Shown: piece after piece, positions 52,749 through 64,000 of the stretch
How positions within the stretch are numbered: the stretch's first letter is position 1
Layout: each line of letters opens with the position of its first letter
Assembly (NCBI GenBank): GCA_951406725.2
Contig: OX597821.1
Coordinates: 86,676,001-86,740,000 of the forward strand
DNA length: 64,000 bases
Direction: 5' to 3'
DNA from: Octopus vulgaris
Lineage: Eukaryota
Made by a program: the position numbers and the translations under genes
The notes under the pieces: model-generated
Told to the model about the DNA's origin: nothing
Databases searched by the model: none
What the model saw: only the letters and a program-made list of their open reading frames with translations

Positions 52749-52912
52749 CTGACTGGTAGAAAATTACGACAATTATGAGTAACTGACTGGTAGAAAATTA
52801 TGAGTGACTGACAGGCAGAAAATTATGAGTGACTGACTGGTAGAAAATCATGAGTGTCTGGTTGGTAGAAAATTATAAGTGGCTGACTGGTAGAAAATTA
52901 TGAGTGACTGAC
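52749..52912. repeat. 25-bp minisatellite, about 6 units
   Basis: Consensus ctgactggtagaaaattatgagtga, head-to-tail with no unique spacers. Confidence 0.92.
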
Positions 52913-53144
52913 AACATTCCAGATGCTTGGGTATCAAGTTTTGATCTTCGTTCTGACCTAGGACTGTAGCTCTGTTCAAGAAACAAGTTGAGGAAAACGT
53001 GCTTGATAAAGGGTTGACAACACCTACTCATCATTTTGGGATCTCTGCAGATATCGCTGCCTCAGTGCACGCCTGTGCATCATAAACCACGATTCTCCTT
53101 ACAAAGGATGTTGCCAATAGATGGGCCACCCCAAAATCTAGTCC

Positions 53145-53490
53145 TATGGTTCTCAAAGTGAGCGGTATTGTCCCTGTGGTAGCAGAGGAAAGATCCAGGG
53201 GGTGTTGAAGAAAAGTGGGGTGATGATGGGGTGGTCAAAAGCGGGTGATGGCTGCTTTCTCACTCTCTGTTATTCATTAAGAATTTCATAATCTACCCAA
53301 AAGTGGACAATACCACCTTCTGAGGGCAGCGGAAAGATTCGGTGGTGCGTTGAAGGTTAAGTTTTATTTGTGAAATACATTTGTTTTGAATTTGCTGCAG
53401 AACGTGGTTTATGTTTGTGGTGGTGGTGGGCGCTAGGGTTGTGACCTGAGTGTCAAGGGGACGGCAGCTTGAAAAGATTTGAGACAGTGG
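53145..53490. mobile_element. Degenerate hAT MITE of the same family as 43037-43794
   Basis: Shares aggttaagttttatttgtgaaat...ttgttttgaatttgctgcagaa and ggcagcttgaaaa; TIRs are decayed. Confidence 0.6.
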
Positions 53491-53494
53491 CTTT

Positions 53495-53690
53495 TGGCAT
53501 TTGCCACATCATGGAATCCATCAAAGAACTGTCTAGCAAATCCGTTGAAGTCACCAGCTATGATGATAAGATCATTGTTATTCGCCAACAAAGTAATCTC
53601 CAAGAGGGCTCCGTCCACCAGCTTCTGTTCCTTTGCTGCTCTAGATTATGGAACATATGCACAGATAAATGTTACTGTTGCATTAGCTTA
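53495..53690 (-). mobile_element. LINE APE-endonuclease remnant
   Basis: Minus-strand DLIIIAGDFNG motif. Confidence 0.55.
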
Positions 53691-54158
53691 GCTTAATTCT
53701 CTAAAACCTGTCGAAAATTTTACTCCTGGAATGATTCTCAACGCAACGAATATGAATGATAAAATAAAGGGGATCAGAGTTGTCTCCCTTGGATATAAGC
53801 GTGGATTTCCCTTTTCCCAATGAATATATACAAAAAACAAGAGCTCCCAGAGAGTTCAAACCTCCGCCAAGACAACACCAACGTACTGTTTCTTTATTTG
53901 GCACTACGGCCACAACACAGAGGGGACGCTACAAAGACAGACACAACACCACAGTGGGGACTAAAAACATAAAACGAATGAAAATGAGATCTTATATAAA
54001 AATGGAAAAAATGAAATGGCTGCATGGGCCCCACTCTCATACAATACCATTTGAACGTTTATATAAACTATTTACAATCGTTCTATTTTTCTTATTGTTT
54101 TTTCCTTAATTATCGCTTTTTCCTCTTTTTTTTTTTAAATGAAACAATTTTACTTATT

Positions 54159-54478
54159 GGTTGTATACTGTCAATTTAACGTGACAGTAGGGGGTTACCC
54201 ACCGCTGTTTAGCCCTAGGAAGCATCGACGCTTCCTGATGGCTTCCACACATTTTTTTCCCTGTGTCCTTATATATTTACGAAGGGGAGACAAACACCCC
54301 CAGCAGCCAGGCCTAAGGACACAGGAAAAAAAATGTGTGGAAGCCATCAGGAAGCGTCGATGCTTCCTAGGGCTAAACAGCGGTGGTGTAACCCCCTACT
54401 GTCACGTTCACGTTAGATTGACAGTATACAACCATTCTATCGCCCCACCACCGTACATATCTCTATGAGATATTTATA
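54159..54478. mobile_element. Fold-back insertion with about 115-bp inverted arms and a 13-bp TSD
   Basis: Arms at 54158-54271 and 54314-54434 are near-perfect reverse complements around a 42-nt loop; direct repeat aattttacttatt at 54146-54158 and 54479-54491. Confidence 0.85.
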
Positions 54479-54486
54479 AATTTTAC

Positions 54487-55560
54487 TTATTTTTCTTCTT
54501 TTTCAATAAAACAATTTAACTTTTTTTCTTTTGTTTTTCTTGTTCCTTTTTTACATCTCATGAAAGCTCCCAAATCTGTTAGCTCCACTACTGGTGGCAA
54601 TTCATCCAACTCCACCAACACTCCTGGTGGGTCAATCCCGTCTCCACACATGTTTTTTAGTCTGTTGTAGATATCTTTGTCAACCACGATGGCCTTCACA
54701 TTCTTGGAATACACATCCATGGGTAACTTCACTCTTGTAATATGTTTAAACTTCAATACATTCTTTTCGGTTTCATTGCTTTTTGCATACGTCACAAAAT
54801 TCCATCGAAATTTCCCTCTTATTTGTTTTCTCTTTTCCTGCTCTACTCCTGGTACCTTCTCCTTTTCTTCCTCCACTCTGAACAGTCTCCCCATTTCACC
54901 CTCGTGCAGTTCCACTCCTGAATCTCTTTCCTCCACTGGAACAACAACTGGTCCCTTCACCAATGTTTCCTCCTTATGTGACTCCTCCTCAAACACTTTT
55001 TCAAATTCCTTTACACTTTCTTTATCCACCACCATTTCATCTTCCTTCCTTCTGGTCGCAGCCTCCTTTTCCATCTCTTCTTTCTCCTTTTTCTGCTGCT
55101 CTGGCAGAGAGCTCACTCTCCCACTTCTCTTTCTTCTTTTAACCACCGTGAACCCCTCCTCTGTTGCTTCCTCTTTTATCTCGACCTGCACCACCTGGTC
55201 TGTGCTCTCCTGCCTCTCCGTCTGCTCTATTTGTTGTTCTCTCTGGGGGTACCTCACCTTCATGTAGCTTTTTCCCCCACATGTATAACATATAGGCAGC
55301 CTGCCCTCCACCACCACCACTCTCAATCTTAAGTCATCAGGCAGCACTATTTCTTTGACAATTCTATTTAGGTCTTCCACTGTTGCTTGAATGGTTAACT
55401 CAATTCCACATCCCCTTGTAGTTTACCCTTTGGGTCCTTGTGGCCTTCAGTATCTTGATCTCCTCATTCATGTTATACATTATGGCTGTCATCAATCATG
55501 TTTCTTTCAGCTCTGGGGGGCACTTTGCCCACTCGCACCCTAGCCACACATTTGCCAACT
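54487..55560 (-). pseudogene. L1/Tx1-type ORF1 (gag-like) pseudogene with degenerate CCHC knuckle
   Basis: 297-codon open stretch containing VVVEGRLPICYTCGGKSYMKVRYP (Cx2Cx4[H>Y]x4[C>Y]), an E/K-rich low-complexity region and GFTVVKRRK; upstream broken frame VARVRVGKVPPELKET*L. Confidence 0.7.
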
Positions 55561-56004
55561 TAGTATGTAGAATATTTGTAGCTAAGCCTTAGGTTACTTA
55601 TTTTAATAGCCATCTTCACTCGATATCCTCAGCTGATTACTCCAGCAGCTGATAGAAATTATGCCAAAGGTTTGGCATGGCTGTGTGGTTAGGGAGCTTG
55701 CTTCCTAGCTACATGGTTTCAGGTTCAGTCCCACTGCGTGGCACTTTGGGCAGGTGTCTTCTACTATAGCCCCGAGTCGACCGAAGCTTTGTGATTGAAT
55801 TCGGTAGGCGGAAGTTACTGCCGTGTGTGTATATGTGCATGTAGGTGCTCAGTGCCTCTCCGAAAGAGAGAGAGGGGGGGGTATATGGGCCAAGATCTTC
55901 TTCAATAAGTTCCAGTGAGAACAGGAAATGGACGTTTGCTTCTGACTTCTATTCATAACTACTAGGTAGAACATTTTTCTGCATTTTTGAATAGACCGTA
56001 TCCT

Positions 56005-56037
<33 letters not shown>

Positions 56038-56117
56038 TACATACGTACATACATACATACATACATTCATCAATCCATCCATCCATACATACATACATCC
56101 ATCCATCCATACATACA

Positions 56118-56153
<36 letters not shown>

Positions 56154-56282
56154 CACATATGCATGCACACATATTTATATATGTGACAGGCTAAATGTAT
56201 TCTTCAAATGCAAGTTGATTGTGGAAATGGTTGAGCAGGACCAAAATGTAAACCTAGACAACATGATTCTAATATATATATA

Positions 56283-56795
56283 CTAGCAGTTTCGCCCGGC
56301 GTTGCTCGGGTTTGTAAGGGAAATAACTATATAAGCATTTTTAGAGAGTTACTTCCCTTATAGATGCCAATTCGGGCTTTCTTAGCCATTTCTGTTTTGG
56401 TGTCTTCAAGCCATGAAGTCGTTGTTCTAAAAGAACGCTGGTCTCCTTGACAACGCTTTACGACATTGATTTCCTTACACTCCCTTCCCCACAGCTTCAC
56501 GAGGGAGGGAAGAAGGGGGAGAAGCAAACAGGTGCAGGTGTGACCATGGACGCCAACTCCGCCGCCATCGACACACGAAAAATTATGCATTAAAATGGAA
56601 TAAAAAATGATGTTAAATTATTTTTAAAATCGTAGACTCATCGTAGACGCGCGCTAATAGCCAGACGGGCTCGATATGAATCACGACTATAAGATACCCG
56701 AATTTGGTTAAACTGCACCGCAAAATGTGGGAGTAGTTAGGAATCTAAATCGTAGGAGACAGACACTCACACAACCACAGTTTTATATATAAAGA
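56283..56795 (-). mobile_element. Non-autonomous Helitron with an extra internal segment
   Basis: Same termini as the 12300 and 60664 copies; about 56362-56582 is absent from them. Confidence 0.85.
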
Positions 56796-57156
56796 TATAT
56801 CTGCAAGTTGATGAAACACTTGTCAATTTTAGTTTCCCACTGTTTGGAACAGTGTGGTGTATTCACCTACAATACTTTGTACATGAAGTAGAAATAGCAT
56901 CTGCCCTTTGCATTAAACATTTAAATAGTACAAAGGATGACGAAGAGTTTTTTAATCTTTTATCTTTTATTTGTTGGGAACCACCTTTAAGAATTGTGTT
57001 AGCTGAATTGATTGACCTCAGTACATTTTTTTAAAAACCTGATATTTATTCTATTTGTCTCTTTTGCTGAACCACAAAGTAATGGGGACATAAACACACC
57101 AGCACCGGTTGTCAAGTGGTGGTGAGGGACAAACACTGACAGAAAGACACACATCT

Positions 57157-57490
57157 AAAACTCCACCCATCAAAAACCCGTGGACATATTTACAAAGTCA
57201 GAAAACAGCACAGCTCCCATGACTTCAGGAAACATTTTTTCACGCTGAGAGTTGCTGAAGCATGAAACAAACTGCCGGCATCAGTTGTTAGTTGTTGGAG
57301 CACTGCATCCTTCAAAACTTCCATGCTTCCTGAGATTCGCCAACACTACACCTGATTTTCTCCCCTCCATACACACATAAGCATGTATCTGACTCATACA
57401 TTGTTCGCTTTCCAGACATTTGTACATTACTGCATATACTCTGACAAGTTGTGGTGCACCTGAGCACTGTATACAATAATTTCATTATTT
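57157..57490 (+). mobile_element. CR1 LINE 3' end (short copy)
   Basis: Reverse complement of about 62940-63290; encodes ...RGHIYKVRKQHSSHDFRKHFFTLRVAEA*NKLP. Confidence 0.88.
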
Positions 57491-57632
57491 TATTTTATTT
57501 TACATGTATATATATATATATTGGCCTGCTCGCTTAGCCAGCGGGGTGGTGTCATTCGAAGGCTAAAACAATGCGAACGCGTTGTGACCAGCGATGTGTA
57601 GCAACATCTGATGGTCTGGTCGGTCACATGAT

Positions 57633-57674
<42 letters not shown>

Positions 57675-58556
57675 ATAAGGGTGAAAAATTGAATATTAAT
57701 TTGATTAATATCAATTTAAAACCAGTGGTCTAGCATATTTAAAATCTGAAGTTTCAGAAAAAATTATATTACGCACATATAAAAGGGATGACCTGTGAGT
57801 GGACATCTATTATGCTAGAAGAAGATCTGATATGGTCATACCACTAAGAAAGGATTGTTCTCAAGAAAGTTTAGCAAATGCCAGAACATAAGCGAGCAAG
57901 ACAAATGAAAAGATACAAAATATAGATTAATTACAAACCAGGGTTTGTTGTTAATGCTTACGAAATCATTTACGTAATCATCCACAAACTTGACTGTGAT
58001 CATCTTAGCCACTATAATTTGCAGAACTATACACGAGATGTCTGCATGAGATTGAACATGTATACAGTTCTACTAATTACAATTGGAGTCACTTTTCAAA
58101 AGCCTTTGTTTTGGTGCACCAAACTACCAGAAATATTTCTGCAGAAAATAATTCTCTGCAGTGAATTTTGCCGGTTAGAGAACACAGCTATTTAAATCAA
58201 ATTTAAAATAATAAGGGGGAAAAACTGAATATTAATTTGATTAATATCAATTTAAAACCAGAGAATTATTTTCTGCAGGTCTGTCGCAGGTGAGCTGCAA
58301 GATGCAGGATGAAAGAGTGAGAGAAAGCTGTGGCGAAAGAGTCAGTAGAAGTTCACCATTACCTTCAGCTGGAGCCGCATGGAGCTTAGGTGTGTTGCTC
58401 ATAAATACATACATCATCTGGTTTGAGATTTGAACCTGCGACCCCTCAACCGTAAGTCCACTGCTCTAACCACTAGGCCATGTGCCTAGTGGTTAGTGCT
58501 CTGCCCAATAGGCATGTGCCTAATTGTAGATGGTAGTGATACATTTATCAGGAAAG

Positions 58557-58729
58557 GTGGAGAGCTGGCGAAATGCTTAGCAGTATTTCATCTTTCTTTA
58601 CATTCTGAGTTCAAATTCTGCTGAGGGGTCAGGGTCGATAAATTAAGTACCAGTTGCATACTAGGGTTGAACTAACTGATTGGCTCTGCTCACAAAAAAT
58701 TTCGGGCCTTGTGCCTAGAGTAGAAAAGG
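58557..58729 (+). mobile_element. SINE family B, tail type 2, internally deleted
   Basis: gagctggc...ttctgagttcaaattc...tttcgggccttgtgcctagagtagaaaag. Confidence 0.75.
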
Positions 58730-59036
58730 ATAAATTTATCAGGAGACTAAAATAATTTGTCATGATTTTCACTCTTTTAGTAGTGGTAAATTCACAAAAC
58801 AAGGAGATACATTAGCTGTCACATTCAAACCAATGTCTGATAGTCACTGTAAATGGTAACTTGGTATCAAATGGGAATCAAAGCAGAATGCTGGGAATCA
58901 AAGCAGAAGTATATGTAGACCTGCCATGAGATGAAACAGTGACTGATATTATGGGTATGGCACTTTACCAACAAACAATTGGATCTTATAAGCAAACTGT
59001 TCAATATCTCTCACTTTTCCTTCTTTTTCTCTATTT

Positions 59037-59038
<2 letters not shown>

Positions 59039-59077
<39 letters not shown>

Positions 59078-59723
59078 TTAGTGTCCACTTTCCATGCTAG
59101 CATGGGTTGGACGGTTCAACTGGGGTCTGGGAAGCCTGAAAGCTGCACCAGGCCCAGTCTGATCTGGCAGTGTTTCTACAGCTTGATGCCCTTCCTAACA
59201 CCAACCACTCCGTGAGTGTAGTGGGTGCTTTTTATGAGCCACCCGCACAGGTGCCAGACGGGGCTGGCAAACGGCCACGGATGGATGGTGCTTTTTACGT
59301 GCCACCGGCACGGGGCCGAGGCAAGGCTGGCAACGGCCACGATCGGATGGTGCTTTTTACATGCCACCGGCATGGAGGCCAGTCGGGACGGTGCTGGCCA
59401 CGGACACTATCAGATGGTACGCTTACATGTCAGCGGCACTGGTATCACAGCTGTAATTTCCATTGATGTTGATCGACTTCGATTTTGGTTCTGATTTCTG
59501 ATTTGATTTGATTTGATTTTGATTTTGATTTCGATTTCCACTTGCCTCAACGGGTCTTCACAAGTGGAGTTTTGTGTCCCAAGAAGGAAAGGCATGCATA
59601 AGTCGACTGGCTACATCCCTGGTAGAGAGGCCACGGGTAATGGTCTCACTAGTCCTGCCGAGTCTTCTCACGCACAGCATACTTCCATAGGTCTTGGTCT
59701 CTAGTCATCTCCTCAGTGAGACC
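59039..59723 (-). mobile_element. 5'-truncated RTE LINE: family C 3' UTR plus ORF2 end
   Basis: (CAT)n tail and subrepeats; the minus strand of about 59660-59723 reads GLTEEMTRDQDLWKYAVREKT (RTE C-terminus). Confidence 0.85.
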
Positions 59724-59898
59724 TATATATATATATATATATATCATCATCATCATCATCATCATCATTTAGCGTCCACTTTCCATGCTAGTATGGGTTG
59801 GACGGGTCAACTGGGGTCTGTGAAGCTGAGGCCCAGTCAGATCTGGCAGTGTTTCTACGGCTGGATGCCCTTCCTAACGCCAACCATATATATATGTA

Positions 59899-59966
<68 letters not shown>

Positions 59967-60166
59967 TTTACGTTATTTACATTTGACAGATATTTGTCCT
60001 CATCTTGTTTGTTAACACGTTTCGGCTTCATCAGTTGTCTTGGGGAAATTTCAAACCTGGGTTCTCATTCCAAAGGTATTTTTCATTGTTGTTATTGTTG
60101 TAGTTGTTGTTGTTGTTATTGTTTTATTATTATTATTATTATTGTTATTATTGTAATTATATATAT

Positions 60167-60198
60167 ACGACTGGAAGAAGCCTGTCATATATATAAAT

Positions 60199-60232
<34 letters not shown>

Positions 60233-60643
60233 GTATATAGGCATACATATATGTCTGTGTTTATATGTTTGTCCCCCCACTATCACTTGACAACTGATGT
60301 TGGTGTGTTTACATTCCCATAACTTAGTGGTTCGGCAAAAGAGACTGATAGACTAAGTACTAGGCTTACAAAGAATAAGTCCTGGGCTTGACACGTTTGA
60401 CTAAAGGTGGTGCTCCAGCATGGCTGCAGTCAAATGACCGAAACAATTAAAAGAATAAAAGTATATATATACATATATACACCTGGTGATCTTTTGATTT
60501 CTGTCTACGAAAACCACTCATAAAGCTTTGGCCAGCCCAGAGCTATGGTAGAAGAAATTTGCCCAAGGTATCATACAGTGGGACTGAAACCAGAACCATG
60601 TGGTTGAGAAGTTAACTTCTTAACACACAGCCACACCTGTGCC
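60167..60643. mobile_element. Two SINE family A pieces in opposite orientation
   Basis: 60167-60463 is a + strand 3' half; about 60490-60643 is a - strand 5' half. Confidence 0.8.
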
Positions 60644-60663
60644 TATATATAGAGAGAGATTTA

Positions 60664-61059
60664 TCTTTATATATAAAAGTAAGGTTGTGTGTCTGTCTCC
60701 TACGATTTAGATTCCTAACTACTCCCACATTTTGCGGTGCAGTTTAACCAAAACCGGGTATCTTATAGTCGTTATTCATATCGAGCCCTTCTGGGTATTA
60801 GCGCGCGTCTACGATGAGTCTACAATTTTAAAAAAATTTACCATCATTTTTTCCATTTTAATGCATTTTTTTCGCTATTATATAAGGGAAGTAACTCTCT
60901 AAAAATGTCTACGATGAGTCAACGATTTTTAAAAAAAAATTACCATCATTTTTTTCCATTTTAATGCATTTTTTTGCTATTTTTTGGCTATAACTCTCTA
61001 AAAATGCTTATATAGTTATTTCCCTTACAAACCCGAGCAACGCCGGGCGATACTGCTAG
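60664..61059 (+). mobile_element. Non-autonomous Helitron
   Basis: A|TCTTTATATATAAAAG ... CCCGAGCAACGCCGGG (hairpin) CGATACTGCTAG|T, with an internal duplicated block of about 100 bp. Confidence 0.92.
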
Positions 61060-61477
61060 TAAATTATAAAATTTATTAATTGAAGGAGAAAACATAATAT
61101 GCACGTTCTTATTAATAAATAAATGACAAACGAGAAGGTGAAAGCTAAACACATTAACCTAATGCAGAAAAGAGATATTTATAAAAGTCATGTAAAGAAT
61201 TATTGATTTTATATTACTATATCCTTGTTTTGATCGTGGCTTAATGTATGATTTATCGATTGATTCGGTAGTGACAACAGGTGATTGATGTTGATGCTAT
61301 TAAGGTAAACATGAAATACTTGAGATCAATGATCAATTGAATATAAGATGAGAAAAGGATATGCAAGAAATGAATGGTGGAAGATAATTTATGAGGGACA
61401 CGGAAAGGTGGGTCAAGAATAAATTTTAGAGAGAAGGGTGTAAGGTGGCAGACACCGAAGCAGTGAATTAGAGCAAA

Positions 61478-62576
<1,099 letters not shown>

Positions 62577-62934
62577 ATAAACAAACAAAAAGTATCGATA
62601 CCTTGCAAAATAATGAACATTAATAACCCTGGACATTCTTTGTCGGAATTATGACGCCATTTAACTTTAGTAAGAAGAAATTAATTGTTTGCTACACACA
62701 CCAACTTCATGTTCAATCATTAAATCTCAATAGAACCATTTTGTAATTGGTTTAGACAAGTTTAAGCATGTTTTATATTTCTGTAGAACTAAAGTTTCCT
62801 TTTTTTTCTTGTGTGTGTAAGGTCCTGACATACATAGATGAGTCGAAATACAAATATACATCTCTCTCTCTTTCCCTCTCTCTCTCTCTTATAAATAACC
62901 ATCTGCTGCAAAAGCCTGTGATATATAACTTAAT

Positions 62935-63697
62935 AAAAAAAATAATGAAATTATTGTATACAGTGCTCAGGTGCACCACAACTTGTCAAAAGTGCATATA
63001 AAGCATATGCAGTAATGTACAAATGTCTGGAAAGCGAACAATGTATGAGTCGCATACATGCTTGTGTGTGTATGGAGGGGAGAAAATCAGGTGTAGTGTT
63101 GGTGAATCTCAGGAAGCATGGAAGTTTTGAAGGATGCCGTGCTCCGACAACTAACAACTGATGCCGGCAGTTTGTTCCATGCTTCAGCAACTCTCAGCGT
63201 GAAAAAATGTTTCCTAAAGTCATGGGAGCTGTGCTGTTTTCTGACTTTGTAAATATATCCACGGGTGTTAGATGGGTGGATTTTGAAAAGGTGCTCAGAG
63301 TTATTGTTTGTACAATGGTTAATAATTTTATGGGTGTCTGCCAAGTCAGCTGCCAGACGTCGGAGTTTCAATGTGTCCATGCCCAGGGAAGTAAGGCGTT
63401 CAGAATATGGCAAATGCCTGATGGAGGGTATTCTTTTGGTTGCACGTCGCTGAACGGCTTCCAGATGATTGATATCCTGGGCAAGATAGGGGTTCCAGAC
63501 CGGTGATGCAAATTCCAGGTGAGGTCTTACCATAGCTATATAAAGCCGCAGATAGATAGTCAGAGAGTGGCTCACAAAGGATTTGGTGAGTGATACCAAG
63601 ACACCCTCAACCTTCTTGACAATTTTAGCGATGTGTTTTGTCCAACGCAAATCACTGTCGACAATAACACCCAAGTCATGTTCACATGAAGACTTTT
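62935..63697 (-). mobile_element. 5'-truncated CR1 LINE with an open ORF2 C-terminus
   Basis: EHDLGVIVDSDLRW...LYIAMVRPHLEFASPVWNPY...LEAVQRRATK...YSERL..L...TLKLRR...TRG...FFTLRVAEAWNKLP, stop at 63087, then a 3' UTR and (att) tail. Confidence 0.93.
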
Positions 63698-63774
63698 TGT
63701 AGCCAGAAAATCCCTGATGTACTAATATGCGAAATGGCAAGTGATTACTATATGTATGTGTTTGTGTGTGTGTG

Positions 63775-63819
<45 letters not shown>

Positions 63820-64000
63820 TATATATATATAAAAAATATAATACAAAATGGGACAAGAATGCAAAACATCCGGACAATTAGATGATACAAGAAGGGACAA
63901 CAAAACATCCAGATAGACGATACAAAAAAAGCACGGAAGCCTTTTATCTTCAGTCAAGAACTGGATCATCCTTGCAATTTTGGCTGATTAATCTTGAGAT

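Larger units (their letters stand above)
53889..55580 (-). mobile_element. Non-LTR retroelement with gag-like ORF1 apparently followed directly by 3' UTR and tail
   Basis: ORF1 remnants, stop at 54487, then (after removing the 54159-54478 insertion) about 265 nt ending ...GTCCCCTCTGTGTTGTGGCCGTAGTGCCAAATAAAGAAA. Confidence 0.6.

Noticed and set aside
52749-52912. CRISPR-like array of 25-bp repeats
   Set aside because: Units are head-to-tail with no unique spacers, there are no cas genes, and the context is eukaryotic; it is a minisatellite.
54677-55267. 196-aa Ser/Phe-rich + strand ORF
   Set aside because: Antisense shadow of the E/K-rich ORF1 frame.

Overview
AT-rich, repeat-dense eukaryotic (metazoan) genomic DNA. 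The tRNA-derived SINE repertoire and microsatellite load suggest an octopus/coleoid cephalopod (inference). The only host gene I can support is the 3' part of a + strand non-muscle myosin II regulatory light chain gene (sqh/MYL12-like). It has three coding exons (3800-3961, 30325-30392, 33761-33865), a 26.4-kb intron and a roughly 1.3-kb 3' UTR; the first coding exon(s) were not found and probably lie upstream. The rest is mobile DNA: several tRNA-SINE families, RTE and CR1 LINE fragments, a decayed full-length mariner, a mariner derivative built from two 5' ends, four non-autonomous Helitrons, piggyBac- and hAT-type MITEs with target-site duplications, and simple repeats. Almost all short ORFs in the track are microsatellite or repeat artefacts. 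The most interesting observations are an apparent ORF1-only (HAL1-like) retroelement whose 3' tail matches that of an abundant SINE, a fold-back insertion with a 13-bp TSD at its stop codon, and nested inverted repeats inside the gene's intron. I found no evidence of a prokaryotic-type system such as CRISPR or defence operons. Repeat boundaries are read by eye and are approximate unless TSDs are quoted.
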